DNA from: an uncultured Planctomycetia bacterium
Lineage (GTDB): Bacteria; Planctomycetota; SZUA-567; JAKLDR01
Length of the DNA: 32,796 nucleotides
Direction of reading: 5' to 3'
NCBI GenBank assembly: GCA_964581145.1
Contig: CAZONU010000005.1
Span: 1 to 32,796 of the forward strand
In this document: one piece after another, positions 16,547 through 23,213 of the stretch
How the letters are laid out: the number at the start of each line of letters is the position of its first letter
How positions within the stretch are numbered: the stretch's first letter is position 1
Notes under the pieces: model-generated
Databases searched by the model: none
Told to the model about the DNA's origin: nothing
What the model saw: the letters and a program-made list of their open reading frames with translations, nothing else
Position numbers and translations under genes: made by a program

Positions 16547-16825
16547 ATGAAACGTTTGATTGCGATGGCGGCGGCGGTTGCGCTGCTGGCGACCGGCGCG
16601 ATGGCCCGGGCCGAGATGCGCCCGGGGAAGGAGCCGGTGCTGGGACCCCTGGTGATCGTGGTCAGGAAGCCCAAGCCCAAGAAGTGCTCCAAGTGCGGGG
16701 GCACCGGGTTCACCACGGGCAAGTGCGGCATGTGCGGGGGCACCGGGACGAGCCACGGCAAGAAATGCCGGACCTGCGCCGGCACCGGCCGGACCGAGAA
16801 GCTCTGCTCCTGCGGCGGCAGGTAA
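16547..16825 (+). CDS. Small exported protein with DnaJ-type CxxCxGxG zinc-finger repeats (92 aa)
   Basis: AAAGGAGGAG lies 6 nt before the ATG. It has signal peptide MKRLIAMAAAVALLATGAMARA. The mature part carries CSKCGGTG, CGMCGGTG, CRTCAGTG and a degenerate CSCGG. Confidence 0.75.
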   Translation: MKRLIAMAAAVALLATGAMARAEMRPGKEPVLGPLVIVVRKPKPKKCSKCGGTGFTTGKCGMCGGTGTSHGKKCRTCAGTGRTEKLCSCGGR

Positions 16826-16869
16826 CGAACGAGATGCAGTCGCCCCACGCGGGCGAGGCATCACGGCGG

Positions 16870-16901
16870 CCGGGCGTCCCCCAGGGACGCCCGGTTCTAT
16901 T
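16870..16901 (+). terminator. Rho-independent-type terminator (conserved module)
   Basis: An 11-bp stem ccgggcgtccc / gggacgcccgg with loop cca and tail ttctatt. Confidence 0.65.
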
Positions 16902-16940
16902 GGGGGGAGCAGAGGGCCAGATCTGCTTTCCATATCATAC

Positions 16941-16963
16941 TGTGCTACAACATGTTATGCACA
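16941..16963. promoter_or_regulatory. Palindromic motifs in the AT-rich region upstream of the regulator gene (candidate operator)
   Basis: TGTGC (16941-45) pairs with GCACA (16959-63) around the palindrome AACATGTT (16949-56). The symmetry centres are offset by half a base, so this is weak. Confidence 0.25.
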
Positions 16964-17022
16964 ATCACTGAAATCCATGAACCATTAAGCCTCTGCAGTG
17001 TATAGACCGCTAGGAGTCCGTA

Positions 17023-18117
17023 ATGAATACCGCCGCTATACCGCTCATAGGCGCTGGCAACGGCCCCGCCTCCAGCGGTCTGGCCGCTTTCTTGCGCGCG
17101 GAAATCGCCAGCGGAGATTATCCCGGCGGCTCCTTCATACCCGGGGAACGGGAACTCGCCAGGACGCACTCCGTCGCGCGAATGACCGCGCGCCGGGCAC
17201 TCAAGGCCCTCGAGAGCGAGGGACTGGTCTCCGCGCGGCCCGGAAAGGGCTACCAGGTGATGGCTCGCGCCGGCGACCCGTCTCTTGGCTGCCCGGTGGC
17301 CTTCCTGCTGTCGCGCGAGAGCATCATCGGCGGCTGGGACTTTCTGTACCGCGCGCTGGGGGACAATCTCCAGCGCTGCGCCGAGGAACGCGGCTGGGAA
17401 CTGTTAAGTCTGCTCTCCACCCGTGACCGCATCGGCAAGGTGCTGACTCAGATCAAAGAGACTCGCGCGTGGGGCCTGGTTATCGACTCGGCCTATCCGG
17501 AAGTCCTGAGCGCCGCGACCAGCGCGGGCATGCCGGTTGTGGCGATAGACAGCTGGGATCAGAACGCGGGCTACGACGCGGTTGTCCAGGACAACTTCGC
17601 CGGAGGCGCGCTGGCCGCCGATTATCTCATTGAGAAGGGGCACGAGAGAATCGCCTGGCTGGGATCGGGCTATCGGACGTATCACGCCAACTCGCGGTAC
17701 GGCGGAGCGGCCTCGGTTCTGGCCAGGAAGGGACTGACGTTCTCCCACACAATCTACGAGTCGCTCGCGAGCGACGACCTTCTGGCCCACGCCAGGAAGC
17801 TCCTCTCCGGGAAGAATCGGGCCACCGGCCTCCTCGCGCTCTGGCGACCGCTCGCCGCCGCGGTGCACCAGGCGGCCCGGGACCTGGGCCTGAAGCCGGG
17901 CAAGGATTTCGATTTCGTCGGCTGGTGCGCCCAGGAAGTCTACGAGAAGCAGTTCAAACCGATCTTCAACGGCGGCTACGTCCCCCCGACGGTAACCTGG
18001 AGCGCCGCCGCCATGGCGGAAACGGCCATCAACCGGCTGGAACAGCGCCGCACCAGACCGGACATGACGCCGGCACGGATCACCGTGCCGGCGAGATTGG
18101 TGAAAGGTAAGGCGTGA
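17023..18117 (+). CDS. AraR-type transcriptional regulator (GntR-family wHTH plus LacI/PBP1-type sugar-binding domain)
   Basis: The N-terminus GSFIPGERELARTHSVARMTARRALKALESEGLVSARPGKGYQV is a GntR-type HTH. The rest (GLVIDSAYPE..., MPVVAIDSW..., DAVVQDNFAGGALAADYLIEKGHERIAWLG) is LacI/GalR periplasmic-binding-like. A GGAG RBS lies 7 nt upstream. Confidence 0.85.
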   Translation: MNTAAIPLIGAGNGPASSGLAAFLRAEIASGDYPGGSFIPGERELARTHSVARMTARRALKALESEGLVSARPGKGYQVMARAGDPSLGCPVAFLLSRESIIGGWDFLYRALGDNLQRCAEERGWELLSLLSTRDRIGKVLTQIKETRAWGLVIDSAYPEVLSAATSAGMPVVAIDSWDQNAGYDAVVQDNFAGGALAADYLIEKGHERIAWLGSGYRTYHANSRYGGAASVLARKGLTFSHTIYESLASDDLLAHARKLLSGKNRATGLLALWRPLAAAVHQAARDLGLKPGKDFDFVGWCAQEVYEKQFKPIFNGGYVPPTVTWSAAAMAETAINRLEQRRTRPDMTPARITVPARLVKGKA

Positions 18118-18223
18118 GATGGCAGGCGCGCGAAGCGCGGTCGATCTCGGCGGGGCCCCAAGGGGTCGCGATGAGATCGAGGTCTTAGTCAAGACTCCGC
18201 CACGGATGGCGGAATCTCGACGA

Positions 18224-18240
18224 TTCGACAGGATGTCGAA
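18224..18240. promoter_or_regulatory. 17-bp perfect-arm palindrome, candidate operator upstream of 18262
   Basis: TTCGACA gga TGTCGAA, ending 21 nt before ATG 18262. Confidence 0.4.
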
Positions 18241-18261
18241 ATTGATCATTCGGGGGTAACA

Positions 18262-20871
18262 ATGAATCTGAAGATACGTGCGGCTGTGACGCTGGCGTTC
18301 CTGTCATCCATCGCTCTGGCCGGCGAGGTGAAGTTCGCCTCCCCGCCGACGGCAACCAGAGTCAACGGCAAGACCAAGATATCCTTCGCGGCTTCATCTC
18401 CGACCGACATCGAGGTGAGCATCCTCGACGCCAAGGGCAAGATCATCAGGCACCTCGCCGCCGGAGTCCTGGGCGGAAAGGGGGCCCCGCCCGCGCCGCT
18501 CAAGAGGGGCCTTAGGCAGGAGATCGAGTGGGACCTGCGCAACGACGCGGGGAAGCCGGCGAGCGGCGGGCCCTTCAAGTTGCGGGTGCGCCTGGGAATG
18601 AACGTCGAACTGGACGGCTTCGTCGGCGAGGACCGCTATTACGTCGGCGCGCTGCGGGGCATGGCCACCGATCCGAAGGGCAACCTCTACGTCTACTCGT
18701 CGTCGGCCGGGAACAGCGGCAAGCCCGGTCGCGGATCCTACCTGCAAGTGTTCGATCGCAAGGGCGAGTACCGGCGCACGCTGATCCCCACGCCCGCCAA
18801 CCTGCCCGGGGGCAAGGTCAAGGCTTTCAACATGGTTGAGGCCCCGGGCAAGCACCTGGTCCCGCGCAACACCGACGGCGTCTGGCCGGTGCTGCGCGGT
18901 GCGCCTGGAGGCAGGATAGCTTCGCGAATCGGGAGCGACGGCATCCTCCACTTCGCGGGCGGCAGCTCTCTGGGACGCCTCGGCCCGGACGGCGGCGTCG
19001 CCGGCGACTGGATCTCCCGCCCGTTCTGGACCAAGGCCAACCGGCCGCACATCACCCTCTACAAGTGGCACATGGTCAGGAACTCGTTCCTGACCCTCTC
19101 GCCGGACGGGAAGCACGCCTACGTCACCGGGATCTACCAGAAGAACCCCTGGCCCAAGGGCAGCCCCGTCAAGTACCCCAAGGGGCGCGTCTACCGCATG
19201 AACCTCCGCGCCGGCGGGGGCATCGAGAAGTTCGCCGACATCAAGGGAGCCAAGAGCACCGGGGCCAGCGCCTTCGACAAGGACGGCAATCTCCTGGTTT
19301 GCGACACCGGCGGGAGCCGCGTGGTGGCTCTGAGCCCCGACGGCAAGCAACTCGGCGAGCTCAAGGTGAAGTCCCCCAAGTACCTGGCGGTTCACAGGAA
19401 GACCGGCGCCGTCTACGTCATGAGCGTCGCCAAGAGCGGCTACCACCAGGCCTACAAGAGCGTGGCCAAGTTCGCCGGCTGGAAGAACGGCGGCAAGGAA
19501 CTGTGGCGACTGAATCTCCGCGGCGCGGGGTACGAAGCGGTCTTCGCCCTCGATGATGGTGCCGCGGTCCCGGTCCTCTGGGTGGGCTTGAGCCGCTCGG
19601 CGGGAGGCTGGAACATCGACAAGCCCTCCCAGATACTCCGCCTGGAGGACCGCGACGGCAAGTGCGCCGAGACGCCCCACGGGATCACCGGGGACAACAC
19701 CCACGCTGGCGTCGTAACCCGCCTGGCGGTCCACCCCGAGAACGACCTGGTTGTGAGCCGTGCAGAATTCTCCGCGGCGGCCGGATACCAGGGGCTAAGT
19801 GGCAAGCGCGTCAAGTTGCCGTTCAAGAACGCGACCGACATGGGAGTGGGTCTGGACGGCAACTGGTACATCAACGTCACCAGAAGCTTCAACGGACCGA
19901 TCCTCAAGTTCGGCAGGGACCTCAAGCCACTGCCCCTGCCCGGACGCGGCGGCAACGGAAAGGGCCCGGCCAACACCGCCGGTTTCGCCTGGGGTCGCTG
20001 GGGAGCGGGCTTCGGCACCGCGGGGATTACCGCGGACCCGACCGGCCGCGTGTATTCCCTGCAGATGATCAACGTCCACGTCAACGTGCCCACCGGCGTG
20101 GTGGTCTTCGGGCCGGACGGCAGGCCCGAGGATCACAAGTACCTCAAGAACGACCCGCGCATGACCAAGAAGCACAAGTACTTCTCCAGCGTGCTCTTTG
20201 ACAGCGCCGGCCCGAACCTGTGTAACGCCGGCGGGATCGGGCTCGACTGGCAGGGAAACATCTACGTGGGGCTGCGCGGCAAGCCCGCCGGCCACAAGCC
20301 ACCGGCCGGCTTCGAAAAGGACCCGGCATACACGGCGGTGGTCGGCAGCGTGGTCAAGGTCAGCCCGCAGGGCGGGGCGGTGCACCTCCTGGGCGGCAAG
20401 GGTTCCCGTCCGCCCAGAGCCGAGAAGAAGGTTTCCGCGGGCATGAAGGGCCTGAGGCTCAGGCACGAGGGGACCTATCCCTGCATGGGGAACATGTTCG
20501 TCGAGAACGCCACCAAGGCCTATCCCGGCCTGGGCAGCATGAGCGGCGTCTTCGGTAGTGCCTGTTACTGCCGCCAGCCGATGTTCCAAGTCGACGGTTG
20601 GGGGCGGCTCTACATCCCCAACGCGATCACCTTCTCGGTGCAGGTGGTGGACAACGAGGGCAACCGGATTCTCAAGTTCGGCCACTACGGCAACACTGAC
20701 TCGCGCGGCTCGGGAGAAGCGAGCCCGATCAAGACGCCCGAGATCCCGCTCGGCTGGCCCCTGGCGGTGGGTGCCAGCTACAAGGCGATCTACGTGGCGG
20801 ATGTCCTGAACAGACGCATCGTGAGACTCAGGAAGACATACCAGGCAACGGAGAGTTGCGCTCTCCGCTGA
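18262..20871 (+). CDS. Secreted NHL-repeat beta-propeller protein with N-terminal FlgD-Ig-like domain
   Basis: It has signal peptide MNLKIRAAVTLAFLSSIALA. The FlgD-Ig-like segment is KISFAASSPTDIEVSILDAKGKIIRHL...EIEWDLRNDAGKPASGGPFKLRVRL. NHL-like units are DGNLLVCDTGGSRVVALSPDGK and AIYVADVLNRRIVRL. Confidence 0.8.
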   Translation: MNLKIRAAVTLAFLSSIALAGEVKFASPPTATRVNGKTKISFAASSPTDIEVSILDAKGKIIRHLAAGVLGGKGAPPAPLKRGLRQEIEWDLRNDAGKPASGGPFKLRVRLGMNVELDGFVGEDRYYVGALRGMATDPKGNLYVYSSSAGNSGKPGRGSYLQVFDRKGEYRRTLIPTPANLPGGKVKAFNMVEAPGKHLVPRNTDGVWPVLRGAPGGRIASRIGSDGILHFAGGSSLGRLGPDGGVAGDWISRPFWTKANRPHITLYKWHMVRNSFLTLSPDGKHAYVTGIYQKNPWPKGSPVKYPKGRVYRMNLRAGGGIEKFADIKGAKSTGASAFDKDGNLLVCDTGGSRVVALSPDGKQLGELKVKSPKYLAVHRKTGAVYVMSVAKSGYHQAYKSVAKFAGWKNGGKELWRLNLRGAGYEAVFALDDGAAVPVLWVGLSRSAGGWNIDKPSQILRLEDRDGKCAETPHGITGDNTHAGVVTRLAVHPENDLVVSRAEFSAAAGYQGLSGKRVKLPFKNATDMGVGLDGNWYINVTRSFNGPILKFGRDLKPLPLPGRGGNGKGPANTAGFAWGRWGAGFGTAGITADPTGRVYSLQMINVHVNVPTGVVVFGPDGRPEDHKYLKNDPRMTKKHKYFSSVLFDSAGPNLCNAGGIGLDWQGNIYVGLRGKPAGHKPPAGFEKDPAYTAVVGSVVKVSPQGGAVHLLGGKGSRPPRAEKKVSAGMKGLRLRHEGTYPCMGNMFVENATKAYPGLGSMSGVFGSACYCRQPMFQVDGWGRLYIPNAITFSVQVVDNEGNRILKFGHYGNTDSRGSGEASPIKTPEIPLGWPLAVGASYKAIYVADVLNRRIVRLRKTYQATESCALR

Positions 20872-20910
20872 TGGCTAACAACTGATGATAGGTCCATAGC
20901 TGGAGGCAGC

Positions 20911-22281
20911 ATGAAGATCCGACTCCTGGCCGTCCTGTGTGCATGGGCTTGTCCGGTCCTGTCCGGCGAGAAGGACTTCCCCCAGCCCTACAAGGACGAT
21001 TCCAAGGTTATCGCCAAGCTGAAGGGCGTGGGCGCGCGCACCGGGCTGATGCTCGGCAAGTTCAAGGTGATGCCCGCCGACGCCGGCAAGTATCACAGCA
21101 CTCTGAAGAATGGGCCGGGCGTGCGCAACTTCTGCAACAAGATGGTCTATGCCCCCGACCGGGGTGCGGCCATGTACTGCGGCGCCAATCACGGGGTTCC
21201 CCACCTCTTGAACGACGTTTGGGAGTATCACCTCGGCAGCAACACCTGGCACATGATCTGCCCGCCCGGCAACGACTACCGCGTTTTCAGGAAGCTCCAG
21301 GAACGGGCCAAGAAGGACGCCGCCTTCCGCGAGAAGGAGTTCTCGAAGCGGGCCAGGAAGTGGTGGGAGACCTGTGAGGTGAAGGATGGGTACCTCGGGG
21401 CCAAGAAGAACGGCGGCCCGGTCTTCCCGCGGCACACCTGGGACGGAGTGACCTACGACGAACGCACCAAACAACTCTATTGGGCGGTCCTCGACGGGCC
21501 GTTCCTCAAGAGCAAGACCAAGTGGTACGCCAAGTACACCGGGCGGGACGAGGCCAAGCTCCTCGCCCAGCTCAAGCCGGGTTCGACCATGTACATATAT
21601 GATGACACGAAGAAGCGCTGGCGTCTCCAGCAGAACGAGGGGCCCGCCCCGGTGATGCGCGGCATGGGCGGGACACTGGTCTACCTGCCTGACGTCAGGA
21701 AGACCATCTGGTACGTCTCTGCGACCAACCGCGTGCCCCAGGACCACGCGATGTGGTCCTACGACGCCAAGACCAACAAGTGGGAGCGGCTGATGTCCTC
21801 CAGCAAGGTCCGCAGCCTGGCCATGAAGGCCAAGCCCCAGCAGGCGCCGCGCTCGGAGGTGCAAGCCGCTTACAGCATGAAGCACAAGAAGATCGTCGCG
21901 GTGCAGGCCAAGGGAACCTACATCTACGACGTGACCGCCAACACCTGGAAGCGCGGGGCGGACACCCCCGGCTACGGCCACGACGCCCACAGCGTCTTCG
22001 CCTACGACAGCAACGCCGACGCCTTCCTGCTCTACTCCAAGGCGCACTGGCGCAGGAAGGGCAAGTGGAACGTCTACGCCTACGACCTCGCCAAGGACAA
22101 GTGGGAGACCGTCAAGGTCCAGGGCAAGGCGCCTCCCGACGACACCAAGACCGGCTGGCGCGGCTACGGGTACGCCGGCTACTACGACCCCGGGCACAAC
22201 GCGCTGGTCCTCTACCAGGAAGGCATCGCCCCCGGAATCTACGTCTACCGCCACGCAGCGAAGAAGGAACCATTCCGGTGA
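20911..22281 (+). CDS. Secreted Kelch-type beta-propeller protein
   Basis: GGAGG RBS and signal peptide MKIRLLAVLCAWACPVLSG. Kelch-like units are present (AAMYCGANHGVPHLLNDVWEYHLGSNTWHMI, repeated W-containing blades). Confidence 0.8.
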   Translation: MKIRLLAVLCAWACPVLSGEKDFPQPYKDDSKVIAKLKGVGARTGLMLGKFKVMPADAGKYHSTLKNGPGVRNFCNKMVYAPDRGAAMYCGANHGVPHLLNDVWEYHLGSNTWHMICPPGNDYRVFRKLQERAKKDAAFREKEFSKRARKWWETCEVKDGYLGAKKNGGPVFPRHTWDGVTYDERTKQLYWAVLDGPFLKSKTKWYAKYTGRDEAKLLAQLKPGSTMYIYDDTKKRWRLQQNEGPAPVMRGMGGTLVYLPDVRKTIWYVSATNRVPQDHAMWSYDAKTNKWERLMSSSKVRSLAMKAKPQQAPRSEVQAAYSMKHKKIVAVQAKGTYIYDVTANTWKRGADTPGYGHDAHSVFAYDSNADAFLLYSKAHWRRKGKWNVYAYDLAKDKWETVKVQGKAPPDDTKTGWRGYGYAGYYDPGHNALVLYQEGIAPGIYVYRHAAKKEPFR

Positions 22282-22313
22282 CACCCACCGTTATGAACCA
22301 TTCCGGTGACACC
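22267..22313 (+). repeat. Perfect 19-bp direct repeat duplicating the last codons and stop of the Kelch gene
   Basis: gaaccattccggtgacacc occurs at 22267-22285 and 22295-22313, separated by caccgttat. ccaccgttat recurs at 22468-22477. Confidence 0.9.
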
Positions 22314-22467
22314 GGGCCTGCTGAAAAAGCTTCCGGGGGAGCACCGAACGCGGGAGTTGACGCAGGGCCGCTTTCGTATCCCCCCAATTCGCGCCGGGTG
22401 CAGCGCTGTCCGATTCTGCCCCCTGCTCCAAACACATGCGCACCGGACTTTTTCAACAGCTCCACAG
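22314..22467. repeat. 154-bp insert-like segment with subterminal inverted repeats (ctgctgaaaaag core)
   Basis: cctgctgaaaaagcttccgg (22317-22336) pairs with ccggactttttcaacagc (22443-22460), about 16 of 19 with one gap. The core resembles the TIR of the 15906-16184 element (ccgttgaaaaatgg). Confidence 0.5.
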
Positions 22468-22480
22468 CCACCGTTATTAC

Positions 22481-22509
22481 TTGACTTCCTGTCCCGTTTA
22501 GTGTAAATA
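22481..22509 (+). promoter_or_regulatory. Sigma70-type promoter of the LexA-TnpA-like gene
   Basis: TTGACT (22481-22486), a 17-nt spacer, then TAAATA (22504-22509). Confidence 0.6.
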
Positions 22510-22533
22510 TATACAGTGATGTACGCATTTACA
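22503..22533. promoter_or_regulatory. Nested 31-bp palindrome (candidate operator or hairpin) spanning the -10 box to the RBS
   Basis: TGTAAAT ata TACA gtga TGTA cgc ATTTACA. The outer 7-bp arms and inner 4-bp arms share one symmetry centre at 22518. Confidence 0.55.
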
Positions 22534-22543
22534 GGATGAGCCC

Positions 22544-23194
22544 ATGACCGATGAACTCACCGACCGCCAGCAGCGCGTGCTCCTGGCCATTCGCGATCAC
22601 GCCGTCGAGCACGGCTACCCGCCGACGCTGGCCGAGTTGGGCGAGCGCCTGGGCATCCGCAACCCCAACGGGGTGCGCGGGCACGTTCTGGCCCTGGAGA
22701 GGAAGGGATATCTGGAACGCGCCCGCGGGGCCAGCCGGGGCATCGCCATCCGGGGCTGGACCAGGGTGCTCGACGCGACCCTGGGTCGGCTGCGCGGGCG
22801 GCACCGCTCGGGCGCCGCGGGGGTCCTGGGGCGGGTGACCTACCACTTGGCCTGGGCCACGCGCGGCGCGGAGCCGCTCCTCGCCGGCGAGGCCGCCGGG
22901 GCGCTGGAGGAGTGCATCCGGCAGGTGGCCGCCGAGCACGGCTGGGAGGTGCTCGAAGTCGAGGTCCGCCCGGAGCTGGTGCGCCTGGTCCTGACCGTCG
23001 ACCCGGAGCACTCCGCCGGCGCGGTGGTCAATCACATACGCTGGTACGCGACGCTGCTGCGCTTCGGCAAGCTGCGCGGCCTGGGGGCGGGGCGCGCCTG
23101 GGCGCCCGGCTACGCGGCGGCAGGGAGCGCCGGGGAGCTGGCCGGGCTGATCCCCGCGCTGCTCAAGAGGCGAAGGAAGAGGAAGAGAGGGTAG
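22544..23194 (+). CDS. LexA N-terminal DNA-binding domain fused to an inactivated IS200/IS605 TnpA (Y1/HUH)-like domain
   Basis: Residues 1-70 (LTDRQQRVLLAIRDHAVEHGYPPTLAELGERLGIRNPNGVRGHVLALERKGYLER..GASRGIAI) match the LexA wHTH. Residues ~97-205 (VTYHLAWATRG...AAEHGWEVLEVEVRPELVRLVLTVDPEHSAGAVV...AWAPGYAAAGSAGELAGLIPALL) match the TnpA layout, with the HUH motif and Tyr replaced. A basic tail KRRRKRKRG follows. AGGA RBS lies 7 nt before the ATG. Confidence 0.85.
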   Translation: MTDELTDRQQRVLLAIRDHAVEHGYPPTLAELGERLGIRNPNGVRGHVLALERKGYLERARGASRGIAIRGWTRVLDATLGRLRGRHRSGAAGVLGRVTYHLAWATRGAEPLLAGEAAGALEECIRQVAAEHGWEVLEVEVRPELVRLVLTVDPEHSAGAVVNHIRWYATLLRFGKLRGLGAGRAWAPGYAAAGSAGELAGLIPALLKRRRKRKRG

Positions 23195-23213
23195 GAGGGG
23201 AGGGAGAAGAACG

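Noticed and set aside
15908-16933. ORF 15908-16933 (-, 341 aa) and 16435-16848 (-)
   Set aside because: They span the palindromic element, the promoter region and the antisense of the zinc-finger gene. They have R/P/A-rich composition and no RBS.
22306-22506. ORF 22306-22506 (+, 66 aa)
   Set aside because: It is a translation of the inverted-repeat insert (LLKK...FSTA-type pseudo-peptide). It has no RBS and overlaps the promoter of the next gene.
22501-22518. Possible canonical E. coli-type SOS box (CTGT-N8-ACAG) in GTGTAAATATATACAGTG
   Set aside because: Only the right half (ACAG) fits. The left half is TGTA-shifted, so it is not the gammaproteobacterial LexA box. The larger nested palindrome is reported instead.
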